Positions 28,730 to 36,391 of a stretch of 64,000 nucleotides of DNA are shown piece after piece (the first letter of the stretch is position 1; every line of letters begins with the position of its first letter). The DNA comes from Verrucomicrobiales bacterium (lineage in GTDB: Bacteria > Verrucomicrobiota > Verrucomicrobiia > Verrucomicrobiales > V1-33): contig JBJXFS010000359.1 of the NCBI GenBank assembly GCA_046155625.1, forward strand, positions 35,767-99,766. Direction: 5' to 3'. The notes under the pieces are model-generated. The model was given only the letters and a program-made list of their open reading frames with translations, searched no databases and was not told the DNA's origin. The position numbers and the translations under genes are program-made.

Positions 28730-29576
28730 CACCTCCGCGGTCATCGACCGCACGCCGCCCATGCCGACGACGCCCGACGACGACGCCTCGACACGCCCTC
28801 CCGTCCCCTGCGCAGACACCGAATCCATCATGGTCGAGGTGCGCGATTTTTCATTCTACTACGGCGCCAAACAGGCGCTTCATGGCATCAATCTGCGCAT
28901 TCCCGAAAAGGAGGTGACCGCGTTCATCGGTCCTTCCGGGTGCGGCAAGACCACGCTGCTCCGAAACCTGAACCGCATGAACGACCTCATCGACGGCATC
29001 CGCCATGAGGGCGATATCCTGCTTGACGGCACCAGCCTCTACGATCCGGCCGTCGAGGTCATCTCGCTGCGCAAGCGGGTCGGCATGGTATTCCAAAAAT
29101 ACAACCCGTTCCCGAAGTCGATCTACGAAAACATCGTGTTTTCGCTCCGGGTCGCCGGCCGCAACAAAAAATCGGAGCTCGACGAGGTGGTCGAGCGCAG
29201 CCTGCGCGGGGCCGCACTGTGGGATGAGGTGAAGGATCGGCTGCACGAAAGCGCCTACGGTCTGTCCGGTGGCCAGCAGCAGCGGTTGTGTATCGCCCGG
29301 GCCATCGCCAACCGGCCGCAGATCCTCCTCATGGACGAACCGTGCGCCGCCCTCGACCCGATCGCCACGCTCAAGATCGAGGAACTCATGCATGAATTGA
29401 AGAAGGAATTCACCATCGTCATCGTCACGCATAACATGCACCAGGCGACGCGGGTCTCGGATCGCACCGCCTTCTTTTACCTGGGCCACCTCATCGAGTA
29501 TGACCGCACCGACACCTTGTTCTCCACCCCCAGCCAGAAGCAAACCGAGGCCTACATCAGTGGACTCTTCAGTTGA
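28710..29576 (+). CDS. pstB: phosphate ABC transporter ATP-binding protein PstB (copy 1)
   Basis: Walker [10 protein letters not shown], signature [14 protein letters not shown], Walker [13 protein letters not shown], and the PstB-typical [19 protein letters not shown] 28710 is preceded by aggaag. The ORF is open from 28680. Confidence 0.93.
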   Translation: MPPAPSSTSAVIDRTPPMPTTPDDDASTRPPVPCADTESIMVEVRDFSFYYGAKQALHGINLRIPEKEVTAFIGPSGCGKTTLLRNLNRMNDLIDGIRHEGDILLDGTSLYDPAVEVISLRKRVGMVFQKYNPFPKSIYENIVFSLRVAGRNKKSELDEVVERSLRGAALWDEVKDRLHESAYGLSGGQQQRLCIARAIANRPQILLMDEPCAALDPIATLKIEELMHELKKEFTIVIVTHNMHQATRVSDRTAFFYLGHLIEYDRTDTLFSTPSQKQTEAYISGLFS

Positions 29577-30387
29577 GCCCCGGCCGCAATTCGACCCCGG
29601 GGCAACTTCTGGCGCCGGCTCCGCTCCCGCCGAGGTCGAGATCGAAATCGACCATGTCGATTTTTCCTACGGGTCCAAGCCGGCCCTGCGCGGCGTCCAT
29701 TTCAACGTGCCGGCCCGGCAGGTCACGGCGCTCATCGGTCCGTCCGGCTGCGGCAAAAGCACCCTGCTGCGCTGCCTGAACCGCATGAACGAGGTCATCC
29801 CCGACGCCCGCATTACGAGCGGCGCGATCCGCATTGGCGGCCAGGATATTTACGACCGCGACCTCGATGTCATCGACCTCCGGAGGCGCGTCGGCATGGT
29901 GTTTCAAAAGTCCAACCCTTTCCCGAAGTCCATTTTCGACAACGTCGCCTACGGCCTGCGCATCGCCGGTGAGTCGCGCAAATCGGTACTCGACGAAGCC
30001 GTTGAGCGCAGCTTGCGCGCCGCCGCCCTGTGGGACGAATGCAAAGACCGACTCGACCAAAGCGGGTTCGGCTTGTCCGGTGGCCAGCAACAGCGGTTGT
30101 GTATCGCCCGCGCCATCGCCGTGCGACCCGAAGTCCTGCTCATGGACGAGCCATGCTCGGCGCTTGACCCGATCGCCACGCTCAAAATCGAGGAACTCAT
30201 CGAGGAACTCAAAGCCGAGTTCACCATCGTGATCGTGACCCACAACATGCAGCAGGCCACCCGATGCAGCGACCGCACCGCGTTTTTCTACCTCGGCGAG
30301 CTGATCGAGGAAGGCCCGACCGGCACGATCTTCAGCGCCCCGCGCGAAAAACGCACCGAGGAATACATCAGCGGACGCTTCGGTTGA
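29500..30387 (+). CDS. pstB: phosphate ABC transporter ATP-binding protein PstB (copy 2, tandem paralog)
   Basis: [51 protein letters not shown]. The start is uncertain: ATG 29500 would overlap copy 1 by 77 nt, and an in-frame GTG at 29560 is the alternative. Confidence 0.9.
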   Translation: MTAPTPCSPPPARSKPRPTSVDSSVEPRPQFDPGATSGAGSAPAEVEIEIDHVDFSYGSKPALRGVHFNVPARQVTALIGPSGCGKSTLLRCLNRMNEVIPDARITSGAIRIGGQDIYDRDLDVIDLRRRVGMVFQKSNPFPKSIFDNVAYGLRIAGESRKSVLDEAVERSLRAAALWDECKDRLDQSGFGLSGGQQQRLCIARAIAVRPEVLLMDEPCSALDPIATLKIEELIEELKAEFTIVIVTHNMQQATRCSDRTAFFYLGELIEEGPTGTIFSAPREKRTEEYISGRFG

Positions 30388-30693
30388 GGTAGGTAGTACC
30401 GCCAGAAAAAGGCGGGATCGACGGGGTAGGGCGAAGCGGTGGGCGACAGGACGTTTCGCCAACGGCTTTGCGCCTCAGCCGTCGATTCCGGCCCCAGCGG
30501 CCGGTACTCCAACTCCGGGGCTTCGCGCGAATGGATTATTGTGAGGATCCTTGTGGTGGGCGAAACGCCCTGCGTGCGATTCAACGGGTTCGGACCCACT
30601 CGCCGGAGCCTGGCGCTGGACGCGCGGGCAGCCGGCCGGGACGCCGGCTGCGGCGGACGAAGCCCGCCCCCGCTGCGCGCCCCCGCTGCGCGC

Positions 30694-31815
30694 TCACGCC
30701 AGCGCTGCGCGCACCGTCTCGCCGAAGGCGGGCGCCCGAAACTCCCCTTCGCCCAGTCCTTCGCGGCTTCGGGCTTCGTGCAGCGCGACGACGGGTGCAT
30801 CGATGCCCTCGTCGGTCAGCTGCCACGTGCCAAAGTGCAGACCGAGGCTGCGGCGGGCACCCAGGTCGCGGTGGGCCAGCACGGCTTCTTCGGGGTTCAT
30901 GTGCATCGTCTTCATGAACCACCGAGGTTCATAGGCGCCGATCGGGAGAAGGGCCAGATCGGGCGCCCCGAGCCGCCGCCGGGTCTCGGCAAAATGCGGG
31001 CCATAGCCGGTGTCGCCACCGAAATAAACACGAGTGCCCGCGCGCTCGATCATGAAAGCCCCCCAGAGTGTGGCGTTGCGACCATGACCACCCCGATTCG
31101 ACCAATGGACCGCCGGGGCAAACGTCACCGTCGCGCCACTGGCTGAGTGCGACTGCCACCAATCGAGTTCCATCACATGGTTCAGGCCGTGACCCGCGAG
31201 GAACGCGCGGTTCCCGAGACCAGTGAGCATGAGGGGACGGCTGTGGGCTTGCAGTCGTTGCAGCGTGGGCACGTCCAAGTGGTCGTAGTGGTTGTGGCTC
31301 ACCAGGACCAGATCGATGGGCGGCAGCTGATCCCAAGCCAGCGCGGGCGGCCGCACCCGCCTCGGACCCGCCCAACTCACCGGGCTGCACCGGTCCGACC
31401 ATATCGGGTCGGTGAGGACCGTCAGCCCATGCCATTGCAAGAGAAAGGTGGCGTGGCCAATAAACGTCGCAGTCACCTCGCCTTCGGCCGTCGGCGGTGG
31501 CGGCGCGGCGCCTAACGGCAAGGGTGAGCCGTCGTCCACCGACTCCGGCCACGGCACGCGTCCGCCACTGAGTCGCCAGCGCCACAAGTCGAGCCATGAT
31601 TTATCGTCGCGCGGGAGGCCAGGGTTAAAGAAAACCCGTCCATCGAAATGGTCCGTGACCGGGCCCTGCCAGCCGGGACCGGCCGAAAGCCACTGGTTTT
31701 TGCCAACCGTAACGCCGCCCCATCCCAGCGTGCCGCCGAGCATCCATCGCAGAAAGCGGCGGCGTGGGACGCGGCGCCCCGCCACTGGGGCGCGAGTGTC
31801 GGATGTGGCGCTCAT
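30694..31815 (-). CDS. MBL-fold metallo-hydrolase (COG2220 / NAPE-PLD-like) with Tat-type signal
   Basis: VSHNHYDHLD is the metallo-beta-lactamase His motif, and GGDTGY ... is consistent with the fold. The N-terminus RRVPRRRFLRWMLGGTLGWGGV is a twin-arginine leader. Confidence 0.8.
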   Translation of the reverse strand: MSATSDTRAPVAGRRVPRRRFLRWMLGGTLGWGGVTVGKNQWLSAGPGWQGPVTDHFDGRVFFNPGLPRDDKSWLDLWRWRLSGGRVPWPESVDDGSPLPLGAAPPPPTAEGEVTATFIGHATFLLQWHGLTVLTDPIWSDRCSPVSWAGPRRVRPPALAWDQLPPIDLVLVSHNHYDHLDVPTLQRLQAHSRPLMLTGLGNRAFLAGHGLNHVMELDWWQSHSASGATVTFAPAVHWSNRGGHGRNATLWGAFMIERAGTRVYFGGDTGYGPHFAETRRRLGAPDLALLPIGAYEPRWFMKTMHMNPEEAVLAHRDLGARRSLGLHFGTWQLTDEGIDAPVVALHEARSREGLGEGEFRAPAFGETVRAALA

Positions 31816-31879
31816 TGAGTCCCAAGGAGCATGATAGAAATGCGGGCGGGCGCATCGAAGGCGAGGTCAATCCTTCGGC

Positions 31880-32902
31880 TCATCCACCCAGATCGTTTTC
31901 GAGAACGATCCGGTAGCGGGCGCGCCCGTGCCGGAGATGTTCGAGTGCCTCGTTCACGCGGCTCATGGGGAATGATTCGGTGACCGGGGCAATCCCGTGG
32001 CGTGCGCAAAACGCGAGCATAGTATCGACGGTTGCCGGACTGCCCAGCGGGGATCCAGAGATCGATTTTTGGCCCGAGATGAGGGGAAATGCCGCCACGC
32101 CAAGCGGCTCGAGCACAGCTCCCACTATGTGCAGTCGGCCTTTCGGCTTGAGTGCCGCGACATAGGCATTCCAGTCGAGCGCCACGTTGGTTGTATTGAG
32201 AATGAAGTCGAAGGATCCGGCTTCGGCGGCCAATGCTTTCGGATCGCGTGAATCCACTGTCCGGTGCGCGCCGAGGCCCAGCGCCTCGTCGCGCTTGCCG
32301 GCGCTGCTGGTAAACCCGGTGACTTCGCAGCCCCAAGCGCGCAGGAATTTGAGCGCCAGGTGGCCGAGCCCGCCGATCCCGATCACGCCGACGCGGTCGG
32401 TCGGGCGCACGCCGAACTCGACCATCGGACTGAAAACCGTGATGCCACCGCAGAAAAGCGGGCCGGCCGTCGAGGGGGTCAAGGCCTCGGGCAGTGGTGC
32501 GGCCCAAGTCCACTGAGCCCGCACGCGGGTGGCGAAGCCCCCCGGGCGGCCGACTATGGTTCCTTCCGTTGTCTGACACAGGTTGTGGGCTCCGCTCATG
32601 CAGGACGGGCAGCAACCGCAACTGGAGGAATTCCAGCCCACCCCGACGCGGTCACCCAGCTTGATCCGCTTCACCTGCAGGCCGACATCCACCACCCGCC
32701 CGACGATCTCGTGGCCCGGAACCAGCGGATACGCCGACATTCCCCAGGCATTGTCGATCATCGACAAGTCGCTGTGGCAGATGCCGCAGGATTCCACGGC
32801 GATCTCCACCTGCTCCCCACCCAGCGGACCCAGAGTGAATTCGTGGGGCACCAGGGGCTGACCAGCGGCCGGAGCGGCAAAGGCATGAATCGTGGCTGGC
32901 AT
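31880..32902 (-). CDS. zinc-type NAD(P)-dependent alcohol dehydrogenase (MDR family)
   Basis: GICHSDLSMIDNAWGMSAYPLVPGHEIVGRV is the catalytic Zn motif. CGCCPSCMSGAHNLC is the structural Zn site. GIGGLGHLA is the Rossmann motif. ATG at 32902; the ORF is open to 33022. Confidence 0.9.
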   Translation of the reverse strand: MPATIHAFAAPAAGQPLVPHEFTLGPLGGEQVEIAVESCGICHSDLSMIDNAWGMSAYPLVPGHEIVGRVVDVGLQVKRIKLGDRVGVGWNSSSCGCCPSCMSGAHNLCQTTEGTIVGRPGGFATRVRAQWTWAAPLPEALTPSTAGPLFCGGITVFSPMVEFGVRPTDRVGVIGIGGLGHLALKFLRAWGCEVTGFTSSAGKRDEALGLGAHRTVDSRDPKALAAEAGSFDFILNTTNVALDWNAYVAALKPKGRLHIVGAVLEPLGVAAFPLISGQKSISGSPLGSPATVDTMLAFCARHGIAPVTESFPMSRVNEALEHLRHGRARYRIVLENDLGG

Positions 32903-33116
32903 AAGGCGCAATGGGTACGCCAATAAGCGCCAAATCGGATCCCCCGCATCCGGATTCTCGGAGACCGGTGGCTCATCCAGCAAATCGAAGACACCCACTC
33001 GATCAGTGTGCCGCCGCGACAACGGGTGCCCTGCGCCCTGGCATTTTCACATCATTGTAATTTTTAACGATTCAATAATAGATGAATTCTCCACGTCTAC
33101 GACATCCACTCTAAAA

Positions 33117-33407
33117 TTAGGTGTCCACAATGGCCCCTGCTCGAAAAGTGGGTGTCCACGATGGCCCCCCAGCCTCGAGTTGGAGCGAATGTGCCGCGAT
33201 GGTCGCCTGCACCGAAGGAGCCGAGGGCGCCAACGCCAAGCGGTAATAAATGTCCTGCTCCCCGCGCTGCGCGACGTCACCTAAGGCGACTTGGTAGTCG
33301 CCGTCCGCTGGTGCCGTCCATAGGATACGCGCCTCAAGCGAACTACCGTCATCGTCATTGGTCGTCAATCGTGGACACCCACTCAATCGGTTCTCCATCG
33401 CTTCCAA
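33117..33407 (-). pseudogene. orphan fragment paralogous to the second PPC domain of the adjacent 33439..35046 gene
   Basis: The fragment TTNDDDGSSLEARILWTAPADGDYQVALGDVAQRGEQDIYYRLALAPSAPSVQATIAAHSLQLEAG matches the upstream gene's ATNDDDGGSLEARLLWTAPADGDYEVAVGDVAQRGGHEVYYRLALAPPAPSVQATITAHTIKLDAG. DNA identity by eye is roughly three quarters. The fragment has no N-terminal part and no credible start. Confidence 0.6.
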
Positions 33408-33435
33408 ATGTGGGTGTCCAAGATTGCGCCCCCCC
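33120..33435. repeat. GTGGGTGTCC...GCCCCCC short dispersed repeat, 3 direct copies + 1 inverted core
   Basis: ggtgtccacaatggcccct (33120-33138). gtgggtgtccacgatggcccccc (33148-33170). Inverted core gtggacacccac (33371-33382). gtgggtgtccaagattgcgccccccc (33410-33435). Related copies lie at 50374 and 50411. Confidence 0.75.
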
Positions 33436-33438
33436 AGA

Positions 33439-35046
33439 CTACGGCTTCGCGACTCCCACGGTGAGCCATGCCTGGTCTGTCTCGTTGATCAGCAGTTGCT
33501 GGTATCCCTGAGGGACGCCGTTGTTCTCCGATGTGGTGGCCATGCGGTAGACAACGGTGTGCTCGCGGTCGCCTTCGACCTCTCGCAACCTCAGGCGCAT
33601 CGGCGTTCCGCCAGCCACCGCCGCCGGATCGGCTGTCAGCATCAGCGTGACCTCACCGCCAGTCTCGGGCACGTCGACCTGGGCCGCACTCACGCCGGCT
33701 GGCAAATCGACAGCGATCAGCTTCAGTATTGGTTTGAACCCGTGTCGTAGTGCGATATTCACCTTCACCTCCGCCGATTTACCGGCGTCGAGTTTGATCG
33801 TATGAGCGGTGATGGTCGCCTGCACTGAGGGGGCCGGGGGCGCCAACGCCAAGCGGTAATAAACCTCATGGCCCCCGCGTTGCGCCACGTCACCCACAGC
33901 CACCTCGTAGTCGCCGTCGGCGGGCGCCGTCCAAAGGAGGCGCGCTTCGAGCGAGCCACCGTCGTCATCGTTGGTCGCCAGTTCTTTTCCGGTGAAGTCG
34001 AACACTTTGACCCAAGGATCAATTTCGGATCCCTGACCCCGGCCGGTCACCGAAATCTCCACCACCGAGTCCTTGGTCAGACGCACGCCATACCGGTCCA
34101 CCTCGCCGGGTGCACTCAACCGCCCGCTCACGGCGGATGGGATGGGCAATGGCTTTCCAACCGCGGACTCGACTGACTCGGGGTTCTCACTGAGGACCAC
34201 GGGAACCGGGGTTTCGCACTCGGCGCGATCGATCTTCACTTCCCGTTCGGTGAGATTCCATCCCTCGAGCCTGAGGTGTGCCGGCTGGCCGCGGGTGGCG
34301 GCCAACGGCCAGGTGTGGCGCACGACCGGCCCCGTTGACAGGTGCAGCCGATACACGCACGTCTCGCCGCCGGCGAAACGAATCTCAGTCGAGGCTGGGT
34401 AGGCGTGCCCCATGGTCTGCACGATGTACGTGCCGTCTTCCGGCGCCGTGCACGCGAGAAACGGGTCCATCGTGACGTGATCGTGATTGAAAGCCAGCGT
34501 CCGCCCCGCCTCGTCTCTCACTTGCAGGAGCGCGTCGTATCCAGCGGCCAGCACATGCGCCTCGACCCGGGCGACCAGCACTTCGCCTTTCCGCGCACGA
34601 ATGGCGAACGAATCGACGTCACCCGCTTTTTCGTGTCTGCCGTTCACGATTGCCACCGGCCCGGTCAGGACCTGCGGGGCGCGGAAGTCGTCATTGGGCT
34701 CGACCTCGAGCGTCTGCGGTTGGTCGGCAATGACCACGGCGATCGGCGCCGAGGCCCCCTCGGCATTGAACGCCCGGATCAGGCACGGACCCGCGGGAGC
34801 GTCGGCCGGCACCTGCAGACTGCCCGTTCCCGCTGACTCGCCCGGGCTGAAGGACAATCCGGGCACTGTCGACCAGATGTGGCACGGCCACGGGTCGAAC
34901 TTGCCCACCAGCTTGACTTCGGTGGTGGCGCCGCGCTCGACCGCCGCCGGATGCACGTGCGTGAGCACCGGCTCAGAGGCCACGATCGTCCACCCCGGCA
35001 GCGCCGCCGCTGCCACGCCGGTCATGAGAGTCGTCGTCCGCCGCAT
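33439..35046 (-). CDS. secreted protein with two pre-peptidase C-terminal (PPC) domains
   Basis: Signal MRRTTTLMTGVAAAALPGWTIVA. EPNDDFRAPQVL...NGRHEKAGDVDSFAIRARKGEVLV, and a second ..SGRLSAPGEVDRYGVRLTKDSVVEISV..NDDDGGS.., fit the PPC pattern (E-x-N-D ... G-D-x-D-x-y). ATG 35046 lies 4 nt after the DUF1501 stop. Confidence 0.7.
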   Translation of the reverse strand: MRRTTTLMTGVAAAALPGWTIVASEPVLTHVHPAAVERGATTEVKLVGKFDPWPCHIWSTVPGLSFSPGESAGTGSLQVPADAPAGPCLIRAFNAEGASAPIAVVIADQPQTLEVEPNDDFRAPQVLTGPVAIVNGRHEKAGDVDSFAIRARKGEVLVARVEAHVLAAGYDALLQVRDEAGRTLAFNHDHVTMDPFLACTAPEDGTYIVQTMGHAYPASTEIRFAGGETCVYRLHLSTGPVVRHTWPLAATRGQPAHLRLEGWNLTEREVKIDRAECETPVPVVLSENPESVESAVGKPLPIPSAVSGRLSAPGEVDRYGVRLTKDSVVEISVTGRGQGSEIDPWVKVFDFTGKELATNDDDGGSLEARLLWTAPADGDYEVAVGDVAQRGGHEVYYRLALAPPAPSVQATITAHTIKLDAGKSAEVKVNIALRHGFKPILKLIAVDLPAGVSAAQVDVPETGGEVTLMLTADPAAVAGGTPMRLRLREVEGDREHTVVYRMATTSENNGVPQGYQQLLINETDQAWLTVGVAKP

Positions 35047-35050
35047 GGAT

Positions 35051-36388
35051 TCAGACGAAAAGCTCCTTGATGAGACGACCGTCATTCACCAGCGGCACAG
35101 GACGGCCCACCGCGGTGTAAAGCGTTTGGTGCGGGTCGATGCCCATCTTGGTGTAGACCGACGCTGCGAAATCCTCAGGCCGATGCACGTTTTCCGAAGC
35201 GTAATACCCTTTGGCGTCGGTGGCTCCGACGATCTGGCCGCCTGGAATGCCCGCGCCCGCCATGAGCACTGACATGGCATGCGGCCAGTGATCGCGGCCT
35301 CCATCCTTGTTGATCTTCGGCGTGCGCCCGAACTCGCCCAGGACGAGCACCAGTGTGCTTGCCAACAGCCCGCGCTCGTCGAGGTCTCCGATCAAGGCCG
35401 AGACGCCCTGGTCGAGCGTCTTGAGTTGGTCCCCCTTGTACGCGGCCTCAATCCCGGAGTGATGATCCCATCCTCCCCAGTTCACCGTCACCCAGGACAC
35501 GCCAACCTCGACCAACCGCCGGGCTAAAAGCATTCGCTGGCCCATGTCGGTGCGTCCATAGCGCTCGCGCACCTGCGGATCCTCCTGCTTCAGGTCAAAG
35601 GCCGCCTGGGCCGCCGCCGAGGACACCAGTTCAAACCCCTGCTCGTAAAAACGATCGAATTCCACTGCCGGATCTTCGACCGCGCGATCATTGGCGCGTT
35701 TCATCCGGTCGAGCGCGGCGCGCAGGTCTCGTCGAGACTTCACCCGTCCTTCCGCCAACTCCCCGGGCAGCACCACGTCGTGAACGCGGAAAGAGTCGGT
35801 GTTGGGATAGCCACTGACGATAAACGGGGCGTGCTCGCCACCGAGGAAATTGGGCCCGCCCGAGCGCGTGTTCGAGGGGGTCGCCATATAAGGCGGCAAT
35901 CCATCGCGAACTCCGCGCGACTGCGACACCATCGACCCCATGGACGGGTGGAACGTCACGAAGGCTCCGCATCCGACCGGCACCGGGGTGGGCGCGCCGG
36001 TCATCATGTAATGGTTGCCGCCCCCGTGATTGGGATCCCGATGGCTGATCGATCGGACGACCGTGAATTTGTCGAAAATCCCAGCGAGTTTCGTCACCGG
36101 TTCACTGAAGTGCACCCCGGGCACCGACGTGGCCACGGTCTTGAAAACCCCTCGGATGTCCTCCGGCGCCTCCGGCTTCGGATCGAAGGTTTCAAAGTGG
36201 GACGGCCCGCCATCGAGCCAGATCATGATGCAGTTGACTGGGCGGGTCGAGGCGCCACCCGCGACCCCGTCCGCGGCCATGGCCTTGAGTCTGAGAAGAT
36301 CGCAAAGGCCGTAACCCAGCAGCCCGCGCAGACCGAATTGGAGGAAGTCCCGGCGGGCCAAGCCGTCGCAATAGTGACGATGGATCAT
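35051..36388 (-). CDS. DUF1501 domain protein (sulfatase-like fold, Tat signal)
   Basis: The N-terminus CDGLARRDFLQFGLRGLLG is the typical DUF1501 leader. ..NCIMIWLDGGPSHFETFDPKP.. and ..GEFGRTPKINKDGGRDHWP.. are hallmark DUF1501 motifs. Confidence 0.88.
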   Translation of the reverse strand: MIHRHYCDGLARRDFLQFGLRGLLGYGLCDLLRLKAMAADGVAGGASTRPVNCIMIWLDGGPSHFETFDPKPEAPEDIRGVFKTVATSVPGVHFSEPVTKLAGIFDKFTVVRSISHRDPNHGGGNHYMMTGAPTPVPVGCGAFVTFHPSMGSMVSQSRGVRDGLPPYMATPSNTRSGGPNFLGGEHAPFIVSGYPNTDSFRVHDVVLPGELAEGRVKSRRDLRAALDRMKRANDRAVEDPAVEFDRFYEQGFELVSSAAAQAAFDLKQEDPQVRERYGRTDMGQRMLLARRLVEVGVSWVTVNWGGWDHHSGIEAAYKGDQLKTLDQGVSALIGDLDERGLLASTLVLVLGEFGRTPKINKDGGRDHWPHAMSVLMAGAGIPGGQIVGATDAKGYYASENVHRPEDFAASVYTKMGIDPHQTLYTAVGRPVPLVNDGRLIKELFV

Positions 36389-36391
36389 AAG

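Noticed and set aside
26915-28831. 638-aa antisense ORF, and similar long antisense or off-frame ORFs (for example 7201..8733 -, 912..1730 -, 19279..20022 -, 60581..61777 -, 36780..37400 -)
   Set aside because: These are typical high-GC shadow frames opposite strongly supported genes (pstA, dikinase, lctP, kinase and others). They are rich in Arg/Gly/Ala/Pro and contain no recognisable motifs.
30438-30510. tRNA-like T-loop (gccgtcgattccggc) in the spacer after pstB2
   Set aside because: No complementary acceptor stem or D-arm could be drawn, so this is not a tRNA.
33117-33960. Possible diversity-generating retroelement, with 33117-33407 as the template repeat and 33760-33960 as the variable repeat
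   Set aside because: Differences between the two copies are spread over all four bases rather than confined to adenines. Identity is only about three quarters. There is no reverse transcriptase or Avd-like gene anywhere in the window.
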